64,000 nucleotides of DNA from Nitrospirota bacterium (GCA_963703955.1 CAVPGK010000021.1:120065-184064), one strand, 5' to 3'; shown: positions 41,307 through 52,882, numbered from the stretch's first letter. Numbers and translations are program-made. Notes: generated from the letters alone by a model not told the origin.

Positions 41307-41705
41307 TCAGACGAGCGCGGCGCCCGGCGGTCGCTCGATCAACTCGATTTCATAGCCGTCCGGCGCGTCGATAAAGATGAACCGGCTGCCGGACGAACTG
41401 CGGGTGGGACCGTCGGTGATCTTCACCTGCTTCTCATTCAATTCACGAATCGTCGCGTCGAGGTTGCCGACCTCGAAGGCGAGATGAACGAGATCTTCCT
41501 GCACCTTGACGGGCCCACTGGGCGGAAAGCTGGCCAATTCAATCAGCTCCTCACTGTTGGGAACCTTCAGGAACGCCAAGTGCGACCCTCGCGGGGAGGT
41601 CTTCCGTTCAAGGACCTCCAATCCGAGCACATCGGTGTAGAACCTGATTGTCTGCTCCATATCACTGACACGCATTCGGGTATGCAGGAGCTTCTTCACA
41701 CGCAT
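41307..41705 (-). CDS. VOC-family / lactoylglutathione lyase-like protein
   Basis: LLHTRMRVSD, HLAFEV, DAPDGYEIELIE. Confidence 0.88.
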   Translation of the reverse strand: MRVKKLLHTRMRVSDMEQTIRFYTDVLGLEVLERKTSPRGSHLAFLKVPNSEELIELASFPPSGPVKVQEDLVHLAFEVGNLDATIRELNEKQVKITDGPTRSSSGSRFIFIDAPDGYEIELIERPPGAALV

Positions 41706-41765
41706 TGGTCACCTCAACGTAAGAGCCAAGAGGACGACATATGGTCCATTGTTGCCTTCTGCGTG

Positions 41766-42266
41766 TCACCTTTTAACTGGATCAAGCGCCGGGCCGGTGG
41801 TTTTGCGCAGCAGAATTTCAGCCGTTTCGGGGACAAGGAAGTTCGGGATCGGACCAATCTCCTGATAGCCGTATCGTTGATAAAAACGTCGGGCTCCGCT
41901 GTTGAAATCGGAAACGCAGAGAAACAAATTCTTGACGCGCGCAAAGACAATTCCTTCCACATGCGTGAGCAGCATCCTGCCCAACCCTTGCCCTTGCGCC
42001 GAGGGATCGATCGCCAGCAACTCCAGATAATCGCCGAAGAGAAATCGTTGGCGAAGCATCGCCACGCCGGCGACCCTTCTGGCTCGTTCGATCACCAAGG
42101 CCTCGCGCCCCTGCGGCAACGGATCAAAGAATCGTTCCCAGTGGACAGCGGTATAGCCCAATCGTTTCCAAGGATCCGCGCCGGCCAGCATCCGGATCAC
42201 GACATTCCGATCGTCGGGTTGGTAGGGTCGGATGGACGGGCTTACGGTTTCGCCTGCTGTCTGCAT
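41766..42266 (-). CDS. GNAT acetyltransferase
   Basis: AQGQGLGRMLL, NSGARRFYQRYGY. Confidence 0.88.
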   Translation of the reverse strand: MQTAGETVSPSIRPYQPDDRNVVIRMLAGADPWKRLGYTAVHWERFFDPLPQGREALVIERARRVAGVAMLRQRFLFGDYLELLAIDPSAQGQGLGRMLLTHVEGIVFARVKNLFLCVSDFNSGARRFYQRYGYQEIGPIPNFLVPETAEILLRKTTGPALDPVKR

Positions 42267-42949
42267 GTGAGCAATTCAGTCACGGTCATCGCTTGAAGGC
42301 CTCGTGGACGGATCAGGTCTTGATAAAGAGCTTCCACCACCTCCCGTGTACGTTTGCCCTTCCCGTTGGCATGGAAGACGATAATGCTCCCGTTTCGCGC
42401 CCTGGTTTTCACCGTCTGAACGATCCGATCGCGGGAGAGATGCGGGTCCGGATCTCCGGACGCAATGTTCCACAGAACGAATCGCAGTCCCAGCGCCTGC
42501 ACAATCTTGACGGTGGCCTCATTGTATTCCCCATAGGGAGGCCTGAACAGTGGAGCCTGATGGCCGTACCGCGTCTGCAACCATGTGACGGCGCCCTGGA
42601 TCTCGCGGCGCTGCGCGTCTTCATCCAGCAATGGCAGGTGAGCGTGCGCGTGTCCGTGCGTGCCCACCTCAAAGAAAGGTACCGCCAAGAGCCCGCGGAC
42701 TTCGGCCTCGTGCTTCGCCATCCAGCGACCGGACATAAAGAACGTTGCCGGGATGTGTGCATCTTTGAGAAATTCGATCAACGGCTGATCGTATCCGGAA
42801 CCTTCTCTTACAGGACACAGATCAAAGGTCAACGCCATCCCTTGGCATGTCTTTGGTCCTTCCTGAATGACTTCCGCATTCCCGTCACCCGGTGTGCCAG
42901 CAACTGCAAAGAGCATGGTGCAGATAATGGCCAATATCTGAAACATCAT
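42242..42949 (-). CDS. Polysaccharide deacetylase (CE4)
   Basis: ALTFD, GTHGHAH, FRPPYG, GSIIVFH. Confidence 0.88.
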   Translation of the reverse strand: MMFQILAIICTMLFAVAGTPGDGNAEVIQEGPKTCQGMALTFDLCPVREGSGYDQPLIEFLKDAHIPATFFMSGRWMAKHEAEVRGLLAVPFFEVGTHGHAHAHLPLLDEDAQRREIQGAVTWLQTRYGHQAPLFRPPYGEYNEATVKIVQALGLRFVLWNIASGDPDPHLSRDRIVQTVKTRARNGSIIVFHANGKGKRTREVVEALYQDLIRPRGLQAMTVTELLTCRQQAKP

Positions 42950-43119
42950 CTCTCGCCTCGTGCGCCATTCTACGTGTTAATGGACAGCTCCCACAAGGAT
43001 GCTCAGGAAGGTACAAATTGGCACTTTTCTCACGGTTACGAAGAGAGGTTGAATAAGAATGCGACTACTCGCCCAAGCTGGACATAGAAGATACGAAGTT
43101 GGCCCTTTTCCAGCCTCCG

Positions 43120-44487
43120 TCACTTGCCGGCCCGGGCCACAGACAAATTTTGCGAGATCGCGACACGGACGAGATAGACCGCGAGGAGAAAGCCATAGAC
43201 AACACAGAAGAAGTTAAAGGCGGCTCGATAAAAATCCTCCAGGAGGAGAGGTAGGCACAAGGCAAAGACCACGGTCGCAATCAACGTCGCGATGCTGAGC
43301 CGCTGGCCGAAATCATGCGCGGGTTCACGCTGAATTGGTTTGAGGGCCTGAGCATAGCGGTCAGCCCGCTCCAGGCTCGCTTCCCGCACCGACTCATCCG
43401 ACGGCCCCCAGCGCCGCAGCGCCACCATGCCTCCGATGATTACTACCCACGGCGCCGACCAGAACGGCCAGTATTGCGACCCGGCGTACCCGTCGGCAAC
43501 CAGCAGAGCGGCGAAAATGGGCAGGTACAGACATGCAAGGATGACCGGAGCGGCCCAGGTATCACGAAGGCGCAGCTTGCCCGCACCTCCATGAATCAGC
43601 TCCCGCTCGAACAAGGGAAATCCGTATTTCAACACAGCCAAGGCAATGGCCGCGCTGATGGTCTTGTCGGGAATATACCGCAGCCAATTCTGGAACCAAT
43701 TCAGCAGAGACCACCCGACACTCCCACCCCACGCCGAACCCAACAAAGTCTCCAGTTGATCATGGAACGCTTCTTGTACGCCCGTAAACATCTGTTCCAA
43801 CCCCCGCGCCACGTCCGGATTGAGCGCAAACACGTTGGGTTGCGCAAGCGCCGCCTGCAGGACGGTGCCGGGAATACTCATCACGCCCGCGCCGATGAAC
43901 CCGAACGCGAACAAATACCAAAAGTGAGACAGCGCCGACGCCCGGGGGGTCCGAAGATATTCGCGAAATCCCGCGCGGCGGCCCAGGAACCCCCAGAAAA
44001 ATCCGCCGGTCATATTGACCAGAGCCCACGGGAAGATGATCAGATCAGCGCCTGGATCAGGATACAGCAGCCAGTTCACCAGGGAATTCGACAGGAGCGC
44101 CACCAGCGCCCCCCACCACGGCCCCAGCAGCAGCGCCGCCAGCGCGGTGCCGGTCATATCCAGATACAGAATGCTTTCCAGGCGAAGGCTTAGAACCAGC
44201 CCGAGATAGTTCAACAGGAGTCCGGCTCCGATGATGACGCTCAATTCGTGCAACAGGAGATAGCTTGACACGTTGATGATTTTCCAATGGGGATAGCGAT
44301 CCCGCGTCGGGCGCCCCATGGGCGTCGGCTCGACACGCGGAGCCCCTTCGTTTGGCCTGTCCGCTTGCAAGCGATCTCGAATGCTCAGGACTTTCTCCGT
44401 AACGGTCAATAAAGCGGCGAAAAATCCGGCGATGGTGCCGGCTAAGAGCAGCGCGTCTCTATCCATTCCAGGCACTCCTTGGCTCAA
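43120..44487 (-). CDS. Membrane protein with an ECF S-component-like region
   Basis: LYLDMTGTALAALLLGPWWG and many TM helices. Confidence 0.65.
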   Translation of the reverse strand: MSQGVPGMDRDALLLAGTIAGFFAALLTVTEKVLSIRDRLQADRPNEGAPRVEPTPMGRPTRDRYPHWKIINVSSYLLLHELSVIIGAGLLLNYLGLVLSLRLESILYLDMTGTALAALLLGPWWGALVALLSNSLVNWLLYPDPGADLIIFPWALVNMTGGFFWGFLGRRAGFREYLRTPRASALSHFWYLFAFGFIGAGVMSIPGTVLQAALAQPNVFALNPDVARGLEQMFTGVQEAFHDQLETLLGSAWGGSVGWSLLNWFQNWLRYIPDKTISAAIALAVLKYGFPLFERELIHGGAGKLRLRDTWAAPVILACLYLPIFAALLVADGYAGSQYWPFWSAPWVVIIGGMVALRRWGPSDESVREASLERADRYAQALKPIQREPAHDFGQRLSIATLIATVVFALCLPLLLEDFYRAAFNFFCVVYGFLLAVYLVRVAISQNLSVARAGK

Positions 44488-44576
44488 GACCCTGCTGGGG
44501 ATACAAGAAAAACAGCACCAGCAAGTCTACCTCCGAACCGCCAAGTTCGCCAGGAATACCCTGGAGAATGACTGAG

Positions 44577-45404
44577 TTATTTCGCGATCTTGCGGGTCTG
44601 CAAGCGATGGACAATCGCAGCGCCGAAGAGAAAGAGGGCGGCCGAGTAATAGACCCAGAGGAGAAACAGCACCACGACGATCAATGACCCGTACATCCGG
44701 CTATACACCGACAGATTCTGAACATAGGAGCTAAAGACGTGCTTGGCGAATTCCCAGAGCACAGCCAATACCAGGCCGCCGACCATGGCGTGACGCCAAG
44801 CCGGCTGGGTGTGCGGCAGATAACGATAAAGGCACGTCACTGCCGTTAGAACGAGGATGAAAGGCAGCAGATACGACAACAGAAACTCATGCGCCCCGAC
44901 CGCGACCACGTCAATTCCGCCAATTCGCGGCGCGTACTGGACCATGAGACCCAACATCTGGGTGACAACGTAGGACATGATCAAGAGTAGCCCCACGAGG
45001 CCGAGCAACACCAGCGAGATGGTCATGGAGATCAGAGGGTGTCGGTGCTGCGGGATTTCGAACACCACGTTGACCGCGTAATCCAATTCATAGAACACGA
45101 GCAGGCCGAACCAGACGAAGGTGAAGAGGACGACCCAGCGCACAACCTGTTCGCTCGCCACCCGCTTGATTTCTTCCGCCAGTTCGACGCCGAAGGTCGG
45201 GAAGAACCCTTGTAGAAAATCGAGCAGAAACTCGAATCCGATCCGTTCCTGGCTGACGATGAAACTGACCAAATACAGCAGTAAGAATACCAGCGGGAAA
45301 AAGGATAGGAGGGTAAAGAATGCCAGTGAGGCGGCGAGGCTCGTACAACCATGACGCCGAAAATCCAACACCGCGGTCCACAGCAAGCGAAGGAAGGCAC
45401 TCAC
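44577..45404 (-). CDS. YihY/BrkB family membrane protein
   Basis: LAASLAFFTLLSFFP, LYRYLP, YGSLIVVVLFLLWVY. Confidence 0.88.
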   Translation of the reverse strand: MSAFLRLLWTAVLDFRRHGCTSLAASLAFFTLLSFFPLVFLLLYLVSFIVSQERIGFEFLLDFLQGFFPTFGVELAEEIKRVASEQVVRWVVLFTFVWFGLLVFYELDYAVNVVFEIPQHRHPLISMTISLVLLGLVGLLLIMSYVVTQMLGLMVQYAPRIGGIDVVAVGAHEFLLSYLLPFILVLTAVTCLYRYLPHTQPAWRHAMVGGLVLAVLWEFAKHVFSSYVQNLSVYSRMYGSLIVVVLFLLWVYYSAALFLFGAAIVHRLQTRKIAK

Positions 45405-45487
45405 CGGGCGGAGAATGTACCCATATCTCTCCCGCCTGTCAACGTGATGCCGTCAGCCGCTATCTGCTGCCACCAGAAGCTAGACCT

Positions 45488-46585
45488 TTAAAAATATAAG
45501 TGGATCCCCAAGCCGATGGACTCAATCTTCCTCACAAAAAATTGGCCGTTCGGAGAATGACCATTGAAATATTCCACCAGGACCTGGAGGTACCGGTCGC
45601 CGATCCGCGCATTTTCAAATTGCACACCGGCGCGAAGGGACACATCGGTGCTCCATTTGGTTTCCTCGAAGCTCTGGAAGTCGGCGTATGCCACCGGACG
45701 CACTGCGCCAACGAAAAAGGTTCGAGGACTTTGAAATTCGACGCCGAACTGGGCGGTGCCCGGCTTTATGTCCTCAGGGTCCGTGCGCACGAGGTATCCA
45801 CCCCCGCCGTAGAGGCGCAGGATATCCCAAAGATCATAGGACAATTTTGCATCCACGCTCTCGATGCTGAGATTAACCCGGTCGGCCTGGTTCACACTAG
45901 GACGCAGCAAATACTCATCCCCGAGATGTGAGCTCTGGTGCGCCAGACGCACGAAGGCAGAGAAATCGCCGGATCGATAGCTAGTCAGTAGTGACACAAA
46001 GTAATCCGCATTGATGAGATCTTTGGAATCCGTGTCGATATCGAAGATGGCGAAGACAGCGCCTTGCACGCCGATGTCCCACTGACCCCCGAACGGAGCT
46101 TTATTTCGATAGAGAGCGATCGTTTCCCCGAAGGTCGCCGCGAAGACATTGGTAAATTCTCTCCCTTCATTGATGTAACGACGGTAGGCCGCCGAAAAAT
46201 GCGGCCAGCGCGGGTCGGCATGCAGCGGGTCGAACAGCTGTCCCCTTGGAAGAAAGTGAGATGCGGGAGGTGGGATCTCAGCCCGCGCAGCGTCCGGCTC
46301 TGAAACGGCCGAGGATTGATCCCCCGGCGCTCGTACCTCCACACCTTTGACCCCGGGAATTTCCATCAAGGCAGCGATGATTCTGTCGCGCTTCGCGCCG
46401 CGTAGGTGCTCGGCCGTGACGGTGATGACGCCGTCACGAACATGAATGGACCCGCCGGCCAACCCGATTTCCTGCCGCAGCATCGCGCTGGCATACCCGG
46501 CAATATAGGAGTCATCCGCAGACGTGGCCTCCACCAATGCCGCATGAAAGGCAAGGAGCAAGAACACAACAATTCTAAACATCAC
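45488..46585 (-). CDS. Exported protein, DUF1207-like probable beta-barrel
   Basis: Signal peptide, PLHADPRWP, LINADYF, HQSSHLGDE, YFNGHSPNGQF, C-terminal Phe. Confidence 0.7.
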   Translation of the reverse strand: MMFRIVVFLLLAFHAALVEATSADDSYIAGYASAMLRQEIGLAGGSIHVRDGVITVTAEHLRGAKRDRIIAALMEIPGVKGVEVRAPGDQSSAVSEPDAARAEIPPPASHFLPRGQLFDPLHADPRWPHFSAAYRRYINEGREFTNVFAATFGETIALYRNKAPFGGQWDIGVQGAVFAIFDIDTDSKDLINADYFVSLLTSYRSGDFSAFVRLAHQSSHLGDEYLLRPSVNQADRVNLSIESVDAKLSYDLWDILRLYGGGGYLVRTDPEDIKPGTAQFGVEFQSPRTFFVGAVRPVAYADFQSFEETKWSTDVSLRAGVQFENARIGDRYLQVLVEYFNGHSPNGQFFVRKIESIGLGIHLYF

Positions 46586-46896
46586 TTTGTATTACCATTC
46601 ACCATCGTGCACGCAGAGATCATCTTATCGTCTGTTCCAAAGAGGTGAGACATACTCGATCTCGCCATCGGCTCAGCTTACCATGACTATGCATGACCTG
46701 ATGCGAGTTAGAAGGCCAGCGAGCAGTTAGACCACCATCTCTGCTGTCATCCTATTATAAGGCTGGATGCATAGTTGACGATGAAGCCCTGGTCGTCAAG
46801 AAAGAGAAAGATCAATGAATAGGGGTAGAGAAGAAACGCGAGGTTTGACTGCCGCATTCCGGAATGTGAGGAACAGTGGGAGCGCTCCACCACACT

Positions 46897-48378
46897 TTAC
46901 TTGAGCGTCAGCACGGCTTGTGTGGTGACCGAGACGAGGAAGTCGGGGAAAAGGCCGAGCAGGACGACGCCGGCGAGCGCGCAGGCGAGGACCAACGTCA
47001 TGGCGGGTGAGGGCGTGAATCGCGGTACGGCTTCCGTGGAGGGTTCCGGCTCCCGCATGTACATGACCATCACGACACGCAGATAGAAATAGGCGGAGAT
47101 GGCGGCGAACAGGACCGCCACCACCGCCAGCCACGTCAACCCGGCTTTCACGGCAGCCAGGAACAAATAAAATTTGCCGATGAAGCCGGCGGTCGGTGGA
47201 ATTCCCGCAAGAGACACCATAAACACCAGCATGAGGAACGCCGGCAGCGGCTGCCGTTTGGCAAGCCCGGTGAAATCCTCGATCTCATCCCCTTCCACGT
47301 CGCCTTTTCGAAGCATCGCCACGATCGCGAACGCACCCAAGGTCATGAACGCGTAGACCGCCAGGTACAGCATGACACTGGAGAGTCCCAATGATCTGAC
47401 GCTGGCTTCGGCCTCCGTCTGTCCCGCGACGACCACACCGATCAACGCATAGCCCGCGTGGGCGATGCTCGAATAGGCCAGCATCCGCTTCACATTGGTC
47501 TGGACAATCGCCACGACATTCCCCAGGGCCATCGTGACGAGGCACACGAGAAGGAAGAGCATGTACCAGTTTGCCTTGAGCCCGCCCAGTCCTTCGAAAA
47601 ACACCCGCACGAATGCGCCGAAGCTTGCAGCTTTTGAGGCAACGGCCATGAACGCGGTGACCGATGTAGGGGAACCTTCGTACACATCCGGCGTCCACAT
47701 GTGGAAGGGTACCACCGCGATCTTGAAACCGAACCCGACCACCAGCAGGATCATCGCGATACCCAACCCGGGATCATCGACGCCGAGGGCGCTGACTGCC
47801 GCCGAGATCGCCGAGAGGCGCGTGCTGCCCGCAAGTCCGAAGAGCAACGAAATGCCATAGAGCAGAAGCCCGGAAGAAAACGCCCCCAGGACAAAATATT
47901 TTGCGGCCGCCTCCAGCGACCGCGCTTCGAATCGCTTGAACCCTGCCAGCACGTAGAGCGACAGGGACATCAGTTCGATGCCGAGATAAATCGTCAGCAG
48001 ATCGGAGGCGGAGACCATGATCATCATCCCCGACAGCGACAGCAGCAGGAAGCCGTAATATTCCGCCAGGTGGATCCGCTCTGCCTTCAAATAGGGAAGG
48101 GACAAGAGAATCGTCAGCCCGGTGACGAGGTAGAGGAGGAGCTTCCAGAAGCACGCGTAGGGATCGATGATGACGAGATCGCTGAACGCCGAGACTCGCG
48201 ATTGCATCTGCGCGGCGGTCAGCCCGAAGCAGATGACCAGGGCTCCCAGACTCAGCCACGCCAGCCAACTCTTCTGGGGCGCAGGCGTAATCGGGTCCAG
48301 CGCCAGCACGAGACAGGCCGCGGTCACGATGACCAGTTCAGGAAGGATAGCCATCAAATCGGCGAGCGGAAGCGTCAT
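46897..48378 (-). CDS. nuoN: NADH-quinone oxidoreductase subunit N
   Basis: EAAAKYF, FKIAVVPFHMWTPDVYEG, KRMLAYSSIAH. Confidence 0.96.
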   Translation of the reverse strand: MTLPLADLMAILPELVIVTAACLVLALDPITPAPQKSWLAWLSLGALVICFGLTAAQMQSRVSAFSDLVIIDPYACFWKLLLYLVTGLTILLSLPYLKAERIHLAEYYGFLLLSLSGMMIMVSASDLLTIYLGIELMSLSLYVLAGFKRFEARSLEAAAKYFVLGAFSSGLLLYGISLLFGLAGSTRLSAISAAVSALGVDDPGLGIAMILLVVGFGFKIAVVPFHMWTPDVYEGSPTSVTAFMAVASKAASFGAFVRVFFEGLGGLKANWYMLFLLVCLVTMALGNVVAIVQTNVKRMLAYSSIAHAGYALIGVVVAGQTEAEASVRSLGLSSVMLYLAVYAFMTLGAFAIVAMLRKGDVEGDEIEDFTGLAKRQPLPAFLMLVFMVSLAGIPPTAGFIGKFYLFLAAVKAGLTWLAVVAVLFAAISAYFYLRVVMVMYMREPEPSTEAVPRFTPSPAMTLVLACALAGVVLLGLFPDFLVSVTTQAVLTLK

Positions 48379-49943
48379 CTTAGCTCTGACCGCTGAGTTA
48401 CGAACTCAGCTTCCAATCTAGAACTCGACACTCGATTCAGAACGGTTTCCCCGCGCTCAGTCATGGCCGGACGACCTTGGTCCATCCGCTCAACCAAACT
48501 ATTCACACTCCGATGCATCAGCGTCAGGACGGGATTGGGATGGAACCCGATCCAAAAGACCAGCACGACCAACGACGACAGGGTGGCCATTTCACGCCAG
48601 TTCAAGTCAATGAGCTTCGGAGCCATCTTGGCATTCGGAACTCCGAACACCACGCGCTGCACCATCCAGAGAAGATAAGCGGCCGCAAGGATGATCCCCA
48701 GCGAGGCGATGACGGCGGCGGTCTTTGTTCCAGAAGAACGTGCCGACGAGCACCAGAAACTCCCCCACAAAGCTGTTGGTGCCCGGCAGACCGAGCGAGG
48801 ACAAGGCAAAGATCACCAGCAGCGTAGCATAGCGCGGCATGGGACCGGCAAGGCCGGCGTTATCGGCGATCAGACGACTATGGGTCCTCTCGTAGATCGC
48901 CCCAACGCACAGGAAGAGCGCCCCGGTGGTGATCCCGTGATTGACCATCTGCATGATCGCGCCTTCGATGCCTTGCGCATTGAGCGCGAAGATACCCAGG
49001 GTGACGAATCCCATGTGGCTGACGCTGGAGTAGGCAATCAGTTTTTTCAGATCGGCTTGAGCCAGAGCCATGTACGCGCCATAAATAATCGCAATGAGCG
49101 AGAGCGCCACCATGATCGGAGTGAAGGCGGCCGTCGCCTCGGGCAGCATTGGGAGTGAGAAGCGCAGGAACCCGTACGCCCCCATCTTCAGCAGGACGCT
49201 GGCCAGGAGCACGCTGCCGGCTGTCGGCGCTTCCACATGCGCGTCCGGCAGCCAGGTATGAAAGGGAAACATGGGCACCTTGACGGCAAACGCGATGAAG
49301 AAGGCCCAGAACAACCAGTGTTGCACGGTTGACGAATATTCCACCCGACTGAGCAGGAGAATATCGAAGGTCTGCCCCCCTGGAAAAACAACGTCAGGAT
49401 GGCGATCAAGAGCAGGACGCTGCCCGCCAAGGTGTACAGGAAGAACTTTATCGCGGCGTAGACCCGCTCCGGTCCGCCCCAGACACCGATGAGCAGATAC
49501 ATGGGAATCAGCATGACCTCCCAAAAGACGTAAAACAGGACAAAATCCAGCGCCGCGAAAACGCCCAACATGGCGGTCTCCATGACCAGCATGGCAGCCA
49601 TGAACTCGCGCACGCGCGTCTCGATGGCCCGCCAAGACGCCAACACGCAAAGCGGGAGGAGAAAGGTCGTCATGAGAAACAGCGGGAGGCTGATCCCGTC
49701 GAGACCGAGGCTGTAACTGACCGGCGGCGAGGTGATCCAGGTCACTTGTTCCGTAAACTGCATATGCGACGTGGCGGGATCGAACAACACCCCCAGCGGA
49801 ATCGAGAAGAGGAACGTCGCCACCGTCACAACCAACGCGACCAGTCGCACCGCCGACATGGGAACAAGAAACATCAGGCCGGCCCCGACCAGCGGAAGAA
49901 ACACGACCACGGTCAGCCACGGGAAACTTGTCGCGTCAGTCAT
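48375..49943 (-). CDS. nuoM: NADH-quinone oxidoreductase subunit M, with two frameshifts in this sequence
   Basis: Three pieces: [52 protein letters not shown]. Shifts at 49375-49380 and 48724-48726. Confidence 0.92.
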
Positions 49944-50028
49944 AATTTACCAATAGGCATGAGGCTAGGGGTAAGAGGATTCTGTATTGACCGTTGCCTA
50001 TCGCCTTTCGCTCCACGCCCCTTGCTTT

Positions 50029-51924
50029 TTAGAACAACAGATACACCGTCAGAATGATCACACCGCCCAGTGTCATACCTAGCGCATAGTGCTGGGTTTG
50101 GCCGCTTTGCACGAGCCGCATCAGCCACCCCCACCAAGCGATCCCGCGAGCCACTCCATTGACGGCGCCATCGATCACGCCGACATCCACGTGCTTCCAC
50201 AAGTGATCGGCCAGCTTGAAGGTCGGACGCACCATCGTCTGATCATAGGCTTCATCGACGTACCACTTGTTCAACGACAGTTGATAGAGCTGGTTCCAAC
50301 GTCGGGCAAGTTGATCTGGGAGGCCTGGCGACGTGACGTAGAGGACGTAGGCCACGGCGATTCCGCCAAGCCCTAGCAAGGTCGCGGCCATCATGACGCC
50401 GAGCGAGGCAGGCCCCCCGTGATGGCCTTCGCCGCTTCCGGAAAAAACCGGCTCGAGAAAACCAGGGATACCGACATATCCGGCGACAACGCTGAGTCCG
50501 GCCAAAATGACCAACGGCACCGTCATCGTCGGCGACGGCTCATGCACGTGATCCGCATGATGAGGGTCCACCCGAGACTTCCCCCAGAACGTGGCGAACA
50601 CCAGGCGGAAGCTGTAGAAGGCCGTCAGAAACGCGGTCGCTAGGCCGAGGATCGCCAAGACCTTGCCCAACGCGCCAGCCGACCAGGCAGAGACCAAGAT
50701 TTCATCCTTGCTGAAGAATCCGGACGTCAACGGAAACCCGGTCAAGGCCAATGACCCGATGACGAATGTCCAGTAGGTGACCGGAAGCTTGGATTTCAGT
50801 CCTCCCATCCGCCGCATATCCTGTTCATGGTGCAGGGCGATGATCACCGACCCGCACGCCAAGAACAGCAGCGCTTTGAACGCGCCGTGCGTCAGCAGGT
50901 GGTAGATCCCAGCTGCATAGGCTCCTAAGCCGCAGGCCATCACCATGTATCCGAGCTGACTTACCGTGGAATAGGCGACGATTCGCTTGATGTCGTGTTG
51001 TGTCACCGCGATCGTGGCGCCGAGCATCATAGTGAGCGCGCCGACGACGGCTACCACATCCATCGCGGTCGGGGAGAGGTTATAGAGCGGCGCAAGCCTC
51101 GCCACCATGAAGACTCCCGCGGTCACCATGGTCGCAGCATGAATCAACGCCGAAATCGGTGTGGGACCTTCCATCGCATCCGGAAGCCAGACGTGAAGCG
51201 GCACTTGCGCCGATTTCCCCACCGCGCCCATAAACAACAGCAAACAGATGAGGGTCAAGGTGGATACTTCCCATGTCCCGCCGAAAGGGGCCAATAGATT
51301 GGTGGTGTGATTGGTGAAGTCCGCCGCCTGCGCAAAGACGTGGCGATACTCCAGCGAGCCGAAGGTGGCCAGCACCAGCAGAAGCCCCAACAAGAACCCG
51401 AAGTCGCCGACCCGGTTGACGATAAAGGCCTTGGTGGCCGCATCACAGGCCGACGGCCGATCGTACCAATGGCCGATCAAGAGATACGAGCACAGCCCGA
51501 CCGCTTCCCAGAAGACAAACAACTGAAGGAAATTGTCCGCCATCACCAGCATCAACATCGAAAAGGTGAACAGGGCGATATACGCGAAGAAGCGGGCATA
51601 ACCTTTCTCGCCCTGCATGTAGCCGATCGTGTAGACGTGCACCAGCGAACTGACAATGGTCACCAGCAGCAGCATGGCGACGGTCAGCCGGTCGACCGAG
51701 AGGCCCACCCCGATGCGGAGATCACCGGATGTGAGCCAGGTATAGAGCGGCACCGAGATGCGCTCGCCCCCGACGACATCTCCAAAGGTCAGGCACGAGA
51801 GCACGAGGGACCCGATCACCGCGGGGACGGCGATCCAGTGCGCCCGCTCCCGGATCCAGTGACCGGTCAAGCCCAGGATCACGAAGGCGGCAAAGGGAAG
51901 AAGGGGGATCAGGATGTATTGCAT
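50029..51924 (-). CDS. nuoL: NADH-quinone oxidoreductase subunit L
   Basis: GKSAQVPLHVWLPDAMEGPTP, THGAFKALLFL. Confidence 0.97.
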   Translation of the reverse strand: MQYILIPLLPFAAFVILGLTGHWIRERAHWIAVPAVIGSLVLSCLTFGDVVGGERISVPLYTWLTSGDLRIGVGLSVDRLTVAMLLLVTIVSSLVHVYTIGYMQGEKGYARFFAYIALFTFSMLMLVMADNFLQLFVFWEAVGLCSYLLIGHWYDRPSACDAATKAFIVNRVGDFGFLLGLLLVLATFGSLEYRHVFAQAADFTNHTTNLLAPFGGTWEVSTLTLICLLLFMGAVGKSAQVPLHVWLPDAMEGPTPISALIHAATMVTAGVFMVARLAPLYNLSPTAMDVVAVVGALTMMLGATIAVTQHDIKRIVAYSTVSQLGYMVMACGLGAYAAGIYHLLTHGAFKALLFLACGSVIIALHHEQDMRRMGGLKSKLPVTYWTFVIGSLALTGFPLTSGFFSKDEILVSAWSAGALGKVLAILGLATAFLTAFYSFRLVFATFWGKSRVDPHHADHVHEPSPTMTVPLVILAGLSVVAGYVGIPGFLEPVFSGSGEGHHGGPASLGVMMAATLLGLGGIAVAYVLYVTSPGLPDQLARRWNQLYQLSLNKWYVDEAYDQTMVRPTFKLADHLWKHVDVGVIDGAVNGVARGIAWWGWLMRLVQSGQTQHYALGMTLGGVIILTVYLLF

Positions 51925-51999
51925 CAGTTCAACAATGATCCAGGTTTGTCAGGCCGTTTCACCTAACACGTATCGCTCAGGACTCAGTCCTGTTCTTGC

Positions 52000-52305
52000 C
52001 TACCACTTCAACAATTGAAACTCATCCACATTGATGCTCGCTTTGCTCCGGTACAGCGCAATGATGATGGCCAGCCCGACCGCCACTTCAGCGGCCGCCA
52101 CGGTGAGCGCGAAAAAGACGAATACCTGGCCGGCGACGTTCTGAAAATAGTAGGAAAAGGCGACGAAGTTGATATTGGTCGCGTTCAGCATCAGCTCGAC
52201 CGAAAGCAGGATGATGATAATGTTGCGCCGCATCAGCACGCCCACGAGACCGGTGATGAACACGATCGCACTCAGGATCACATAGTACGAAAGAGGAACC
52301 ATCAT
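52000..52305 (-). CDS. nuoK: NADH-quinone oxidoreductase subunit K
   Basis: [19 protein letters not shown]. Confidence 0.97.
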   Translation of the reverse strand: MMVPLSYYVILSAIVFITGLVGVLMRRNIIIILLSVELMLNATNINFVAFSYYFQNVAGQVFVFFALTVAAAEVAVGLAIIIALYRSKASINVDEFQLLKW

Positions 52306-52363
52306 TCACCCATCAAGATTAAAAGATACAAGACAAAGGGAGAAGTAAGCCTTTCGCTACCTT

Positions 52364-52882
52364 CTACCTTTCACCCATGATGTCTTTTTTCGCCAGGATG
52401 ATCGCGCCGATCATGGCCACCAACAGAATCAGCGAGGCGACTTCGAACGGAAAGAGATAGGTGGAATAGAGCACCTCTCCGATCGTTTCCGTATTGCCGC
52501 TCACGGCATCGCCGACCGGTTGATTCCGGAGGGGAGCCTCGTTTTCCGGGGATAGGCTAGTTCGAACCGCCAGGAGCAGGACTTCGGTGAGGATCGTCAC
52601 GCCCAGAAGCGCCGCAATCGGAAACTGGGAATGGTATCGCTCTTCCCGCTTGACGTTCAGCAGCATGACCACGAACAGGTACAGAACCAGAATCGCGCCG
52701 GCATAGACGATGATCTGCACGGCGGCCAGGAATTCGGCGTGCAGCGTCACGTACAGGCCCGCCACGTGAAAGAATAGAATCAGCAAGGAGAGGGCGCTGT
52801 AGATCGGATTGCGCAGCGTCACGACCAGGATGGCGGTCAGGACAATCACGCCGGAAAAATAAAAGAAGAAGAACGTCGCCAC
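52364..52882 (-). CDS. nuoJ: NADH-quinone oxidoreductase subunit J
   Basis: QIIVYAGAILVLYLFVVMLL, PFEVASLILLVAMIGA. Confidence 0.96.
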   Translation of the reverse strand: MATFFFFYFSGVIVLTAILVVTLRNPIYSALSLLILFFHVAGLYVTLHAEFLAAVQIIVYAGAILVLYLFVVMLLNVKREERYHSQFPIAALLGVTILTEVLLLAVRTSLSPENEAPLRNQPVGDAVSGNTETIGEVLYSTYLFPFEVASLILLVAMIGAIILAKKDIMGER

